Of a stretch of DNA of 34,036 bases, positions 7,544-16,744 are shown in pieces. Both the position numbers and the translations under genes were made by a program. Under the pieces are notes generated by a model. It was given only the letters and a program-made list of their open reading frames with translations, had not been told where the DNA came from and did not search any database. The stretch is from Candidatus Zixiibacteriota bacterium (GTDB taxonomy: Bacteria; Zixibacteria; MSB-5A5; WJJR01): contig JAVHPP010000110.1 in the NCBI GenBank assembly GCA_036170655.1, positions 1 to 34,036 of the forward strand, given 5' to 3'. The first letter of the stretch is position 1. Every line of letters starts with the position of its first letter.

Positions 7544-10500
7544 ATGAAAGACGAGCCAATGAACACTGAACCGCAATCCATTGACCCTGAACTCGAGGTG
7601 AAAGCCCCATCGAAGGGGCCTTCGTATGCCGAGCTCGAAGAGCAAGTCCTCAAGTTCTGGGAACAGAACCAAGTGTTCCCGGTGTCCATTCGTCAACGTG
7701 ATGGGGCGCCGTCCTTTGTCTTTTTTGAGGGCCCGCCGACAGCCAATGGGAAGCCGGGGATTCACCATGTAATTTCCCGGACTATCAAGGACTTGGTCTG
7801 CCGCTACAAGACGATGAAGGGTTTCAAAGTCGAGCGCAAGGCCGGCTGGGACACGCATGGACTGCCGGTTGAGATCGAAGTTGAAAAAGAACTCGGCCTC
7901 GCATCGAAGGCCAAGATCATTGAATACGGCATCGACAAGTTCAATGCCAAGTGCCGCGAGTCGGTCTTCAGGTACAAAGATGAATGGGACCGCCTGACAC
8001 GGCGGATCGGGTACTGGCTCGATCTCGAGCATCCGTACGTCACGCTCACCAACGATTACATCGAGTCGGTCTGGTGGATTCTGGCGCAGTTCTTCCAGCG
8101 CGGTCTCCTGTATGAGGGGCACAAAATCGTCCCCTACTGTCCTCGCTGTGGTACGGGACTCTCCAGCCATGAGGTGGCGCAGGGTTACCAGTCGGTCGTG
8201 GATCCATCTGTCACGGTCACCATGCCCCTGGCGGACGACCCGGCGACCGCGTTTTTGGTCTGGACCACAACTCCCTGGACCTTGATCTCCAACACCGCGT
8301 TGGCCGTCGGACGCGACATCGACTACATCCTGGCCGTGAAAGATGGACATCGCTACATCCTGGCAGAAACGCGTGCCCACGCGGTCCTGGGCGACACAAT
8401 CACTGTTGAGCAACGTTTCACCGGGGCCGATCTGCTCGGGAAGCGTTACCAGCCGATCTTCCCGTTTTTCGCGGACGCACCGGGGGATAAGACATTCACC
8501 GTTCTGGAAGCAGATTTTGTTTCCACGGAGGATGGGACCGGCATCGTGCACATGGCGCCGGCCTTCGGCGCCGACGACTACGAGGTCGGCCGTCTCAATA
8601 ATTTGCCGATCATCCAGCCCGTGCTCCCGGACGGCACTTTTGATGCGAAGATTACACCCTACGCCGGCCAGTTTGTCAAAGATGCCGACAAGCAGATCAT
8701 CAAGGATCTGCGAGCGGCAGGGCGTCTGTTCGACGCCGGCCAGATTGAGCACACCTACCCGTTCTGCTGGCGTTGCGACACGCCGCTTCTGTACTATGCG
8801 CGCCGCTCATGGTACATCAAGACGTCGCAGTTCCGTGACCGTCTCCTCGAATTGAACCGCCAGATCAACTGGTATCCGCCGGAAATTGGCGAGAAGCGTT
8901 TCGGCGAATGGCTGGAGAACAACGTCGACTGGGCCCTGTCGCGTGAGCGGTTTTGGGGGACGCCTTTGCCGATCTGGGTGTGCGGGGCGTGCGGGCGCCA
9001 GACGGCGGTGGAATCGGTCGCCGATCTGAAGACGCGCGGATCGCATCTGCCGGAACCGCTGGATCTGCACAAGCCGCATGTTGACGGGGTGACACTGACC
9101 TGTGAGAACTGCGGCGGCTTGATGCACCGTGTTCCAGAGGTGATCGACGTCTGGTTTGACTCAGGCTCGATGCCGTTCGCGCAATGCCATTACCCGTTCG
9201 CGGGCAAAGAGTCGCTGGCGTCGCGCTTTCCCGCGGATTTCATCAGCGAGGCGGTTGATCAGACGCGCGGGTGGTTCTATTCGCTGCATGCGATCGCCGC
9301 GATGCTCGAGGATAAACCAGCGTTCAAGAACTGCCTCGTGATGGAGTTTGTGGTCGATAAGAAAGGACGCAAGATGTCGAAGTCACGCGGGAACGCCGTT
9401 GATCCGTGGACGGTGATCGCCAGCGATGGCGCCGACGCACTGCGGTGGTATCTGTTGTCGGTGTCGCAACCGTGGATACCGACACGGTTCGACGCCGATG
9501 CGGTGACAGAGACCCGGAACCGCTTTTTCGACACGTGGAAGAACACGCTGGCGTTCTATGAACTCTATGCCAGTATCGACCGGATAGAGGTCCCGTTGCT
9601 GCTGGAGCGTCCGCCATCTGCGAATGAATTCGACCGCTGGCTGAGATCGCGGCTGGCAAGTGTGACCGCATCCGTGGATCAGCGGTATGAAGCGTATGAT
9701 CTGACTGGCGCCGTGCGTCAGATCGCCGACTTCACCGTTGATGATGTCTCCAACTGGTACGTGCGGTTGAATCGCCGCCGTTTCTGGGGATCGGGTCAGA
9801 CAGAGGACAAGCTCGATGCCTTTGCCACGCTGGCGCGGGCGCTCTTGACCGTCAGCCAATTGGCGGCGCCAGCCGCGCCATTCTTCGCCGAACATGTCTA
9901 CCGCCGTCTCTTGGGGGATCAGGGAGTGGTCGGATGGCCCGTCAGCGTCCATCTGACCGATTTCCCCATGCCGGATGCGAGCGCCATCGATCCCGATTTG
10001 GAGTCGCGGATGTCGGCAGCCCAGCGGGTGGTGTCGTTAGGGCGGGCGGCTCGGGCCAAGGCGCGGCAGAAGGTTCGGCAGCCGTTGACGGAGGCGGTGA
10101 TCTTTCCGCCGGGTGACTGGAAGGCGGGGACCCTCGACGGGATGGCCGATCTGGTGGCCGGTGAACTCAATGTCAAGGCGGTGACCGTCAGAACCGACGC
10201 GGACCAGTTTGTCGCGTTTTCTATCAAGCCGAACTTCGCGGCTCTGGGATCGCGTCTCGGCGCACAGGTCCGGGAGTTGCAGAAATCTCTCAGCCGCTGG
10301 GACCGGTCGGCGATCGACAATTACCGACGACAGCAGGCCGCGACGGTCGCGCTGGCTGGGGGATCGGTCGAGCTTGGGCCGGGCGATTTGGTGGTGGACA
10401 CGGCCGGGCCGGATGGGTATTTTGTCGAGTCTGACGGGCGCCTGATTGTGGCGATTGATGCGCGCCTGACGGATACACTACGTGCGGAAGGACTGGCACG

Positions 10501-10750
10501 GGAATTGGTCAACCGTGTTCAGCGTGCCCGCAAGGCAATGGGTTTGGAGGTCACCGACCGGATACGTCTGGCGGTACACTCGACCCCCCCGGTGCTGGCC
10601 GCTTTGCGCGAACACGCCGGGCGCATCAAGGATGATACGCTGGCCGTGGAATTCGGCCTGAGGGACGAAAAAGTGAATGGATTGACCGGACAGAGTGTCG
10701 ATCTTAATGGGCAGGAAGCGACCATCATCATCGAGCGGTCGCCCGTATAG
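7544..10750 (+). CDS. ileS: Isoleucine--tRNA ligase, type 2 (IleRS2)
   Basis: EGPPTANG-K-P-GIHH, GWDTHGLPVE, WTTTPWTL, DWALSRERFWGTP, DQTRGWF, KMSKS. Long type-2 C-terminus (EGLARELVNRVQRARK...DRI) with no C-terminal Zn finger. Start uncertain (ATG 7544 or 7559). Confidence 0.97.
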   Translation: MKDEPMNTEPQSIDPELEVKAPSKGPSYAELEEQVLKFWEQNQVFPVSIRQRDGAPSFVFFEGPPTANGKPGIHHVISRTIKDLVCRYKTMKGFKVERKAGWDTHGLPVEIEVEKELGLASKAKIIEYGIDKFNAKCRESVFRYKDEWDRLTRRIGYWLDLEHPYVTLTNDYIESVWWILAQFFQRGLLYEGHKIVPYCPRCGTGLSSHEVAQGYQSVVDPSVTVTMPLADDPATAFLVWTTTPWTLISNTALAVGRDIDYILAVKDGHRYILAETRAHAVLGDTITVEQRFTGADLLGKRYQPIFPFFADAPGDKTFTVLEADFVSTEDGTGIVHMAPAFGADDYEVGRLNNLPIIQPVLPDGTFDAKITPYAGQFVKDADKQIIKDLRAAGRLFDAGQIEHTYPFCWRCDTPLLYYARRSWYIKTSQFRDRLLELNRQINWYPPEIGEKRFGEWLENNVDWALSRERFWGTPLPIWVCGACGRQTAVESVADLKTRGSHLPEPLDLHKPHVDGVTLTCENCGGLMHRVPEVIDVWFDSGSMPFAQCHYPFAGKESLASRFPADFISEAVDQTRGWFYSLHAIAAMLEDKPAFKNCLVMEFVVDKKGRKMSKSRGNAVDPWTVIASDGADALRWYLLSVSQPWIPTRFDADAVTETRNRFFDTWKNTLAFYELYASIDRIEVPLLLERPPSANEFDRWLRSRLASVTASVDQRYEAYDLTGAVRQIADFTVDDVSNWYVRLNRRRFWGSGQTEDKLDAFATLARALLTVSQLAAPAAPFFAEHVYRRLLGDQGVVGWPVSVHLTDFPMPDASAIDPDLESRMSAAQRVVSLGRAARAKARQKVRQPLTEAVIFPPGDWKAGTLDGMADLVAGELNVKAVTVRTDADQFVAFSIKPNFAALGSRLGAQVRELQKSLSRWDRSAIDNYRRQQAATVALAGGSVELGPGDLVVDTAGPDGYFVESDGRLIVAIDARLTDTLRAEGLARELVNRVQRARKAMGLEVTDRIRLAVHSTPPVLAALREHAGRIKDDTLAVEFGLRDEKVNGLTGQSVDLNGQEATIIIERSPV

Positions 10751-10782
10751 AGGCCAAACGTCAGACCCTGAGGAGAGAGGCC

Positions 10783-11178
10783 GTGAACAAACGCGACCTG
10801 AAGAAATTTGAAGAGTTGCTCTTGGCCAGACGGGCTGAGATTGTGGGAGAAATCGACTCCATTAAGAAGGCCTCGATGAACACCACGCTCACCGAGGCGT
10901 CGGGTGACCTGTCGACGCACAGTTACCACATGGCCGATCAGGGGACGGACGCCGAAGAGCGTGAGAAGTCATTCTATTTCGCCTCGAAATCGGGCCGTTT
11001 CCTCTACCACATCGACGAAGCGCTCCGCCGCATCACCGAAGGAACCTACGGCAAGTGTGTCACCTGCGGCCAGGATATCTCGGTGGCCCGCCTGGAAGCG
11101 GTCCCGCATGCACGTATGTGCATCTCCTGCAAGGAAAAAGAAGAGCAGGAGAAGATTCGATCCAACACCGATCACTGA
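10783..11178 (+). CDS. dksA: TraR/DksA family transcriptional regulator (C4 zinc finger)
   Basis: Coiled-coil tip HMADQGTD, ALRRITEGTYGKCVTC...RLEAVPHARMCISC. SD GAGG before GTG. Confidence 0.85.
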   Translation: MNKRDLKKFEELLLARRAEIVGEIDSIKKASMNTTLTEASGDLSTHSYHMADQGTDAEEREKSFYFASKSGRFLYHIDEALRRITEGTYGKCVTCGQDISVARLEAVPHARMCISCKEKEEQEKIRSNTDH

Positions 11179-11184
11179 GTTTCA

Positions 11185-11850
11185 TTGCCCACGTCAATCT
11201 TAGCTTCCGCTTCCGGCGACTCTGTATCCGGCGCCCCCCTGCCGAGTCGGCAGGCTTTGATCATCTGGCTGGTGCCGGCTCTCATTGTCGTCTTGGACCA
11301 GACCACCAAGTGGATGGTCGCGACATTCATGGAGATTCACCAGACTGTTCACGTGCTGGGTGATTGGATGTGCCTGACCTATGTGCTCAATCCCGGTGGC
11401 GCCTTTGGGGTGCAATGGGAGCACCCGGTCACCTATTTCATTGCCGCCGCGATCGTGATCGGCTGGATTGTCTGGCACCTGTGGCGGCATGGACACGAAC
11501 AGCATTTGTCCCATTTGGCGCTGGCCTTGATTTTGGGAGGAGCTGTCGGCAATCTCATCGACCGCTTGATCCTGGGGCAGGTGATCGACTTCATCGATGT
11601 CGAGTTCTTCGACATGCGGATACCGGCATTTGATTTTGGCGTGATCCATCATCCCGGATATGTCATGGATCGCTGGCCGACCTTCAATGTGGCCGATTCA
11701 GCGGTCACCGTTGGGGTGCTGGCGTTGTTGGTGACGCTCTGGCACGATCCGGTCATCGGCGCCGTCCGCCCGGGCGGGCAATCACAACAGATGTTGCCCC
11801 AAGATCGGGAAACACCGGCAGAAGAAATCGCTGAGACTGGGGATGAATAA
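11185..11850 (+). CDS. lspA: Lipoprotein signal peptidase (signal peptidase II)
   Basis: DQTTK, NPGGAFG, GAVGNLIDR and FNVADS (both catalytic Asp); conserved ileS-lspA context. Start uncertain. Confidence 0.92.
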   Translation: MPTSILASASGDSVSGAPLPSRQALIIWLVPALIVVLDQTTKWMVATFMEIHQTVHVLGDWMCLTYVLNPGGAFGVQWEHPVTYFIAAAIVIGWIVWHLWRHGHEQHLSHLALALILGGAVGNLIDRLILGQVIDFIDVEFFDMRIPAFDFGVIHHPGYVMDRWPTFNVADSAVTVGVLALLVTLWHDPVIGAVRPGGQSQQMLPQDRETPAEEIAETGDE

Positions 11851-11895
11851 TCCCTCGACTGTGCGCTTCGCTCCGCGCGCCTGTCGGGGCTGCTC

Positions 11896-12909
11896 ATGAT
11901 TGGTAATCCCGACCATTATCAGTTCACCGTGGATGAGTCTGAAGCCGGAACGCGTGTCGATGTCTATCTGGCACGCCATCTGACAGATTCATCGCGCGCC
12001 CAAGTGCAACGCGCTGCGGCTGCCGGTGCGCTCCGTGTCAATGGTGCTCCCGCCAAAGTTGGGTACAAGATCCGCGAGGGAGATGCAGTCGATCTTCAAC
12101 TCGTCCGGCCCGAAGATCCTGGCGTTCCCAAGGCCGAGGCAATCAGTCTGGACATTGTGTACGAGGACGATGCCATCGTCGTCGTCAACAAGCCAGCGGG
12201 GATGGTTGTCCATCCGGCGGTCGGACACTGGTCGGGCACACTGGTCAACGCCCTGCTGGGTCGCGGCGCTGTCGATGGATCGTTCGGACCAACCCAGCGT
12301 CCCGGCATCGTCCATCGTCTGGACAAGGATACGTCGGGGCTGCTGATCGTTGCTCGAACCGAGTTGGCGCACCGCCGCCTTGCCGAGCAGCTCAGGAACC
12401 GGACTCTGAAGCGGTCCTACTGGGCTGTCAGTTGGGGACATTTCCGATCCGAGATAACCGTTTTCGAAGGTGCGATCGGTCGCTCGGTCACGGACCGAAA
12501 ACGGATGGCCGTCTCGGCATCCGGGCGTTCCGCCAAGTCGACGGCACGAGTTCTTGAGCGGTTCGATCTGGCCGACTTGATCGAGGTGACGCTGGACAGC
12601 GGACGGACGCATCAGATCCGTGTGCACCTCTCTCACGCCGGACATCCGGTCGTAGCGGACACACTATACGCGGGTGGGGAGCCGCACGTGAAGGGCGTCG
12701 ATGCCCACCTTCGTCTCCTGGGTCGGCGGATGATCGAGACCATTGGGCGCACTGCCCTGCACGCGCGCACACTGGCTTTGATCCATCCCTTAACGGAGGA
12801 GGCTTTGAGTTTCAGTGCCGATCCCCCGCGTGACTTTCTCGGATTGGTGGACCTCTGCCGTGATCCCGGCCGCGCAGATCAGGCACACCTCGTCCGGTCT
12901 GCCAGGTAG
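11896..12909 (+). CDS. rluD: RluA-family pseudouridine synthase with S4 domain (RluD-like)
   Basis: N-terminal S4 (RVDVYL...SRAQVQ), VVNKPAGMVVHP, HRLDKDTSG, GRTHQIRVH, ALHA. Confidence 0.85.
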   Translation: MIGNPDHYQFTVDESEAGTRVDVYLARHLTDSSRAQVQRAAAAGALRVNGAPAKVGYKIREGDAVDLQLVRPEDPGVPKAEAISLDIVYEDDAIVVVNKPAGMVVHPAVGHWSGTLVNALLGRGAVDGSFGPTQRPGIVHRLDKDTSGLLIVARTELAHRRLAEQLRNRTLKRSYWAVSWGHFRSEITVFEGAIGRSVTDRKRMAVSASGRSAKSTARVLERFDLADLIEVTLDSGRTHQIRVHLSHAGHPVVADTLYAGGEPHVKGVDAHLRLLGRRMIETIGRTALHARTLALIHPLTEEALSFSADPPRDFLGLVDLCRDPGRADQAHLVRSAR

Positions 12910-12968
12910 TGTAAACATGTCTGTGTAGGTTAGTCGTTGTTGCGGACGAATCGAGGAGGCGCACAGTC

Positions 12969-14492
12969 GTGATCAACTTCTATGTCTACCTGGCCGTCAT
13001 TGTCTGCGGCGCATCGGTTCTCGCGATTGAGTTGCTGGGCACTCGAATCATCGCCCCCTTCTATGGGGCTGGTCTCTATCTCTGGTCCGCGCTGATCTCG
13101 GTCACGCTTGCGGCCCTCAGCGCCGGTTATGCGATCGGCGGCCGCTGGGCCGATAGGGGCCCCAAACTCAGCCGTTTTTCTCTCATCATCGGAATAGCGG
13201 GACTGTGGGTCATGGTCATCCCGTGGCTGCGGATGCCAGTGCTGGCGCTCTCCGAAACAGCGGGACTGCGGGCTGCGGTGCTCATCACGGCTACGATTCT
13301 GTTCTTCCCGCCGCTCGCGCTTCTGGGGATCGTGAGCCCGTATGCGATCCGTCTTATGGCGTCGAGTCTGGGTGTGGTAGGGCGGACTGCGGGAAACCTC
13401 TATTCGGTGTCCACTGTCGCGAGTGTTGCCGCCGCCATTGCCACCGGCTTTTTCTTGATCCCCAACATGGGTGTCAGCCGCCTCGTCTTTCTGGTCGGGT
13501 TCGTGCTCGCCGCGACCGCGGTTCTTGGGTTCGCGATCCAGCGCAAGCCAAAATCCGGGCCAGCGGTACTGCTCGTATTGGCGGCTTCAGGCATGCTGGC
13601 GTATCGTGTGGCGCCGGCCGAGATGTCCGACCCGGACAACGGTCTGATCGCAGTCGAACAAAGTGCATACGGAGAAATCCGCGTTGTCGACCTTGAAGAC
13701 ACGCGGTACTTGCTCATCGACGGAGGTACGCACACCGGTATTGATCGCGACACCTGGGAATCCTGCTTTCCGTATATCCACGTGCTGGATATCACCAAGG
13801 GATTCTTCGACAGGCCAGGCGAGATGCTCCTCATCGGGCTCGGTGGAGGCTCTGTCGTCAAGTCATTCCAGCGTAGCGGCTGGCGCGTAGACGCTGTTGA
13901 GATCGATCCGGCCGTCGCGAAGATCGCTCGGAAGTATTTCGGGCTACAGCCCGCAGAAGCACTTGTCTATGAGATGGATGGACGGCAGTTTCTGATCACC
14001 AATGACAAGAAATACGATTTGATTGTGATGGATGCCTACGGAAGCAGCTCCATCCCCTTCCATTTGGTGACCGCCGAAGCACTCGGCCTGATCCGATCCC
14101 ACCTCCTGCCGGGGGGGATTCTCGCCATGAATGTCGAAGCTGTGGGCTGGCACGATCCGATTGCCCGCTCGCTGGCGGCGACGGCGCATCAGCACTTTGA
14201 CCACCTCAAAGTGCTGCCCATTGCCGAACCGCCAGACCAGTTTGGGAATCTGGTGCTTCTGGCCGCGAATCGGGCGTTGGACCTCAAGATCGAGCCGACC
14301 GTTCCGTCGGATCGCTTCTCTCCGGAATATGATCGGGCCCATGCCTGGGATAACCGATTTGAAGAGGACCTTACTGGGGTGCCTGTGCTCACGGACGACC
14401 TCAACCCAATCGACATCTGGACCGAACGCACGGGCTTTGAAGCAAGAAAAGGATTCCACGCGATGTTCGACAAGCAGGGGATTGCCTGGTAG
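12969..14492 (+). CDS. Membrane-fused spermidine-synthase-like SAM-fold protein
   Basis: N-terminal multi-TM domain (ELLGTRIIAPFYG, GNLYSVSTVAS) plus LIGLGGG, VEIDP, DGRQFL, YDLIVMDAY, LTDD. GAGGAGG SD before GTG. Confidence 0.85.
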   Translation: MINFYVYLAVIVCGASVLAIELLGTRIIAPFYGAGLYLWSALISVTLAALSAGYAIGGRWADRGPKLSRFSLIIGIAGLWVMVIPWLRMPVLALSETAGLRAAVLITATILFFPPLALLGIVSPYAIRLMASSLGVVGRTAGNLYSVSTVASVAAAIATGFFLIPNMGVSRLVFLVGFVLAATAVLGFAIQRKPKSGPAVLLVLAASGMLAYRVAPAEMSDPDNGLIAVEQSAYGEIRVVDLEDTRYLLIDGGTHTGIDRDTWESCFPYIHVLDITKGFFDRPGEMLLIGLGGGSVVKSFQRSGWRVDAVEIDPAVAKIARKYFGLQPAEALVYEMDGRQFLITNDKKYDLIVMDAYGSSSIPFHLVTAEALGLIRSHLLPGGILAMNVEAVGWHDPIARSLAATAHQHFDHLKVLPIAEPPDQFGNLVLLAANRALDLKIEPTVPSDRFSPEYDRAHAWDNRFEEDLTGVPVLTDDLNPIDIWTERTGFEARKGFHAMFDKQGIAW

Positions 14493-14816
14493 CTACTTGC
14501 CATCCATCGGCTTGATTTCGCCACTCTCAAAGATTTGAACCGGGTGCCCCTCCAGCGTCTTGGGGATCTTGCGGCCCAGCTCGTCCGATGCCTTGATGAC
14601 CAGCACGAGGATGCATGGTGTTCCGTCATCGAGCGCACCGACAGCTACACCTGCCACACCGGGGATCGCCATCAGTTCGCTGACGTGAGCCTCCATCACA
14701 ATGTTGATATCGCGTTTTGGCATCGTGTCCCCACGCTTGTTCGGAGGTCCACAGGCACTCGTGCTGAAAAGTATCGCGACCAGGATCGCGGCGGCGATCG
14801 CTTTTCCATAGGGCAT
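14493..14816 (-). CDS. Small probable lipoprotein resembling the pro-domain of the upstream protease
   Basis: Hydrophobic signal MPYGKAIAAAILVAILFSTSA-C. The mature part aligns by eye with residues 71-125 of the 14973..16094 protease. The ORF-track extension to 14936 runs through a terminator and was trimmed; an alternative start is ATG 14723. Confidence 0.65.
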   Translation of the reverse strand: MPYGKAIAAAILVAILFSTSACGPPNKRGDTMPKRDINIVMEAHVSELMAIPGVAGVAVGALDDGTPCILVLVIKASDELGRKIPKTLEGHPVQIFESGEIKPMDGK

Positions 14817-14890
14817 GTCATCAATCGTGAATGTATCCACTCTCCTGACAAAGTGCGTCGACGATAGCCTTTTTCCAAGCTGAATTCGCA

Positions 14891-14930
14891 TAAAGAAGCC
14901 CGTCCCCGACGCAAGGTCAGGGACGGGCTT
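14891..14930 (-). terminator. Rho-independent terminator after the S1-like protease
   Basis: 11-bp inverted repeat AAGCCCGTCCC (14896-14906) / GGGACGGGCTT (14920-14930), followed on the minus strand by CTTTA. Confidence 0.7.
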
Positions 14931-14972
14931 TGTCATGTTCTGTCTGACGAAAGTTACTGAACAGATAATCGA

Positions 14973-16094
14973 TTAGTTCCCGACCATTGTGGCGCCGAAG
15001 AACGACAGGACCGGACCAATCGGATTTGCCACCGCGATGGAACTGCTGCCCGCAAAGAGCAAGCCGACAGCATTCGGGTTAGTGGTGACGTCTTGGACCA
15101 TCAACGATCCCGAGTCGCCGCCCGCGAGGAACTTGCTGCCGCTATTGGCAACCAGGATCTGACCGGTGAACGTCTTGGTGAAGGCCGCTCCGCCCGCGCA
15201 CTCGTTGTCATACGCGACGCTGATGGTAGCATTCAAGCCGCTGACCGAGCTACGCGTGAGCCCAGTCGTCCGGCCGCTCTTCTTGACCTTCTGACCGACG
15301 GAGGCAGCTACCCCCGTACCAGACTTCAGCACGCCGACTTCAAGGATCGATCCCGTCGTGCTGACCATGCCGCTGATCACGTTGGCGCTCGAACAATCGA
15401 CGTTGCTGCCCGGCAGCGAGCTGGTCTTGACCAGCGTCGCGACGTTTTGGGCATTGGCGGCGTTGCAGCCCACGTCGATCAGTCCTGGCTGGGTGATGTA
15501 GTCGCCTGTCGTAGCCACGGTGCCGTTACCACCGGAAACGATATCGGCCTCGAACACGTGATAGTTGCTGAGAATCCGCTTGCTTGTGCCCACTTGAATC
15601 AATGAGCCCAGCGTGCCGCCACAGCAGTAGCCGTTGGCGAGATCTTTACGCCAGCCGCCGGATGTACCTAATTGAATCGGCGGAGTCTGTTTGGCCTTGT
15701 GACTGACGCCGCTACCCCTCATGGCAACAATCTTGTCGGTCAGGACGACCTTTACCGCAACACCTTCGATACTCAGGGGCGCCGCGTCCATGGCCTCTTT
15801 GGAGGTCACGAGGAGCATGATGGCTGGCTCGCCATTCTCGTCGAGCGTCGTGGCGGTGCCGATCACATCCCGCTTGGCCATGAGGCGTGGGGTGTTACGA
15901 TCCTGAATGGTCATCACAGACTGAATCTTGGGACTCAGCCGGCCTTGGAGTTCATCCGAGGTCTGCCCGTTTTGCGAGGGCGCCAAAGGCGCGTTGTCTG
16001 TCCCAGAGCATCCCCAGATTCCGATCACTAAAGCAAGCGCGGCACCGGCGAGAATTAACCCCCGGTGGTGCGGATTGATGAATGAGCGCGTCAT
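14973..16094 (-). CDS. Lipoprotein trypsin-fold (PA clan, S1/NAL1-like) serine protease with N-terminal pro-domain
   Basis: Signal plus IWG-C lipobox; GTLG, SNYHV (His), VDC (Asp), GGDSGS (Ser), VKKSGRTTGLT, VGLLFAG. GGAGGG SD. Confidence 0.85.
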   Translation of the reverse strand: MTRSFINPHHRGLILAGAALALVIGIWGCSGTDNAPLAPSQNGQTSDELQGRLSPKIQSVMTIQDRNTPRLMAKRDVIGTATTLDENGEPAIMLLVTSKEAMDAAPLSIEGVAVKVVLTDKIVAMRGSGVSHKAKQTPPIQLGTSGGWRKDLANGYCCGGTLGSLIQVGTSKRILSNYHVFEADIVSGGNGTVATTGDYITQPGLIDVGCNAANAQNVATLVKTSSLPGSNVDCSSANVISGMVSTTGSILEVGVLKSGTGVAASVGQKVKKSGRTTGLTRSSVSGLNATISVAYDNECAGGAAFTKTFTGQILVANSGSKFLAGGDSGSLMVQDVTTNPNAVGLLFAGSSSIAVANPIGPVLSFFGATMVGN

Positions 16095-16171
16095 TCATTC
16101 CCTCCTACTGTGGAACGGTTAAGTTGCTGTGTAGCCCCCCCATAAGTGAGGGGAGACCGGTTCTCATACAG

Positions 16172-16201
16172 ATAATGACAACAATCGGGGAATTCTGTCA
16201 A
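16172..16201 (-). promoter_or_regulatory. Candidate sigma70 promoter for the S1-like protease
   Basis: Minus strand TTGACA-N18-CATTAT with a TGn extended -10 and an A/T-rich tract upstream (16202-16221). Confidence 0.45.
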
Positions 16202-16571
16202 GAAGAAAGAAGAAGAAAATTGTGGGCGCGTTCACCGGTCGTATACAGCTTCTTGTGAGGATTGGAAATCGGGTGTTGAAGATCCACACATCTCTGTCCC
16301 TCGGAGAGCTGGGTGAATTCAAGGCCGCGATGCCGAAGGGCTTCTATGCACAAGCCCCGATCCGCGTGTCTGACGGCAGGAACCTTCAATGCGGCGATGG
16401 AGACGGCCGATGGAATTCGGCAAATTCAGGTCGCCGGGGAGGATCTGAGCAACCAGGGGCACATATTCGCAATTATTGGCGAAGCCTCAAAGGCGTCGGT
16501 GGCCCTGGAAGTTCTCCCGTCTCGGTCCTCTGTTCACAAGCATTCCCTGCTTAATGTATCCATCTTCGGCC

Positions 16572-16599
16572 TTGACAATTTCTGCCGATGATGTACCAT
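16572..16599 (+). promoter_or_regulatory. Candidate sigma70 promoter for the subtilase
   Basis: TTGACA-N16-TACCAT. Confidence 0.5.
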
Positions 16600-16744
16600 T
16601 ATGACAAACCCGGCCGGATTTCTCGGCTGGGACGTCAACCGATCACAGAACGGTGTTCCGGCGTCTGGGTGCAAGGCTTGGCTATCCGTTTCACTGTCGC
16701 TGTGATCAAGAAGAATGAACCTTAACATCGCTGGAGGAGCGCAG

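Noticed and set aside
7301..8752. 483-aa minus-strand ORF, and other long antisense ORFs such as 29250..30434, 28302..29243, 33260..34027 and 19935..20708
   Set aside because: They are shadows of well-supported genes on the opposite strand in GC-rich DNA and carry no recognisable motifs.
11851..11885. REP-like fragment TCCCTCGACTGTGCGCTTCGCTCCGC, loosely similar to CTTCGACTCCG near 136-146
   Set aside because: Similarity is short, there is no second full copy in the window, and it forms no clean palindrome.
14490..14495. Convergent stop codons abutting as the palindrome TAGCTA
   Set aside because: Expected whenever two TAG stops meet; no functional inference is possible.
16393..16460. Fluoride (crcB) riboswitch-like GGCGATGG / GCCGATGGAATTCGGC
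   Set aside because: The downstream pseudoknot partner (UGAUGAxxCCU) is missing and no fluoride-related gene follows.
16222..16591. ORFs 16222..16554 and 16313..16591 between the proteases
   Set aside because: No SD or recognisable motif, they overlap each other, and the second runs into the candidate promoter.
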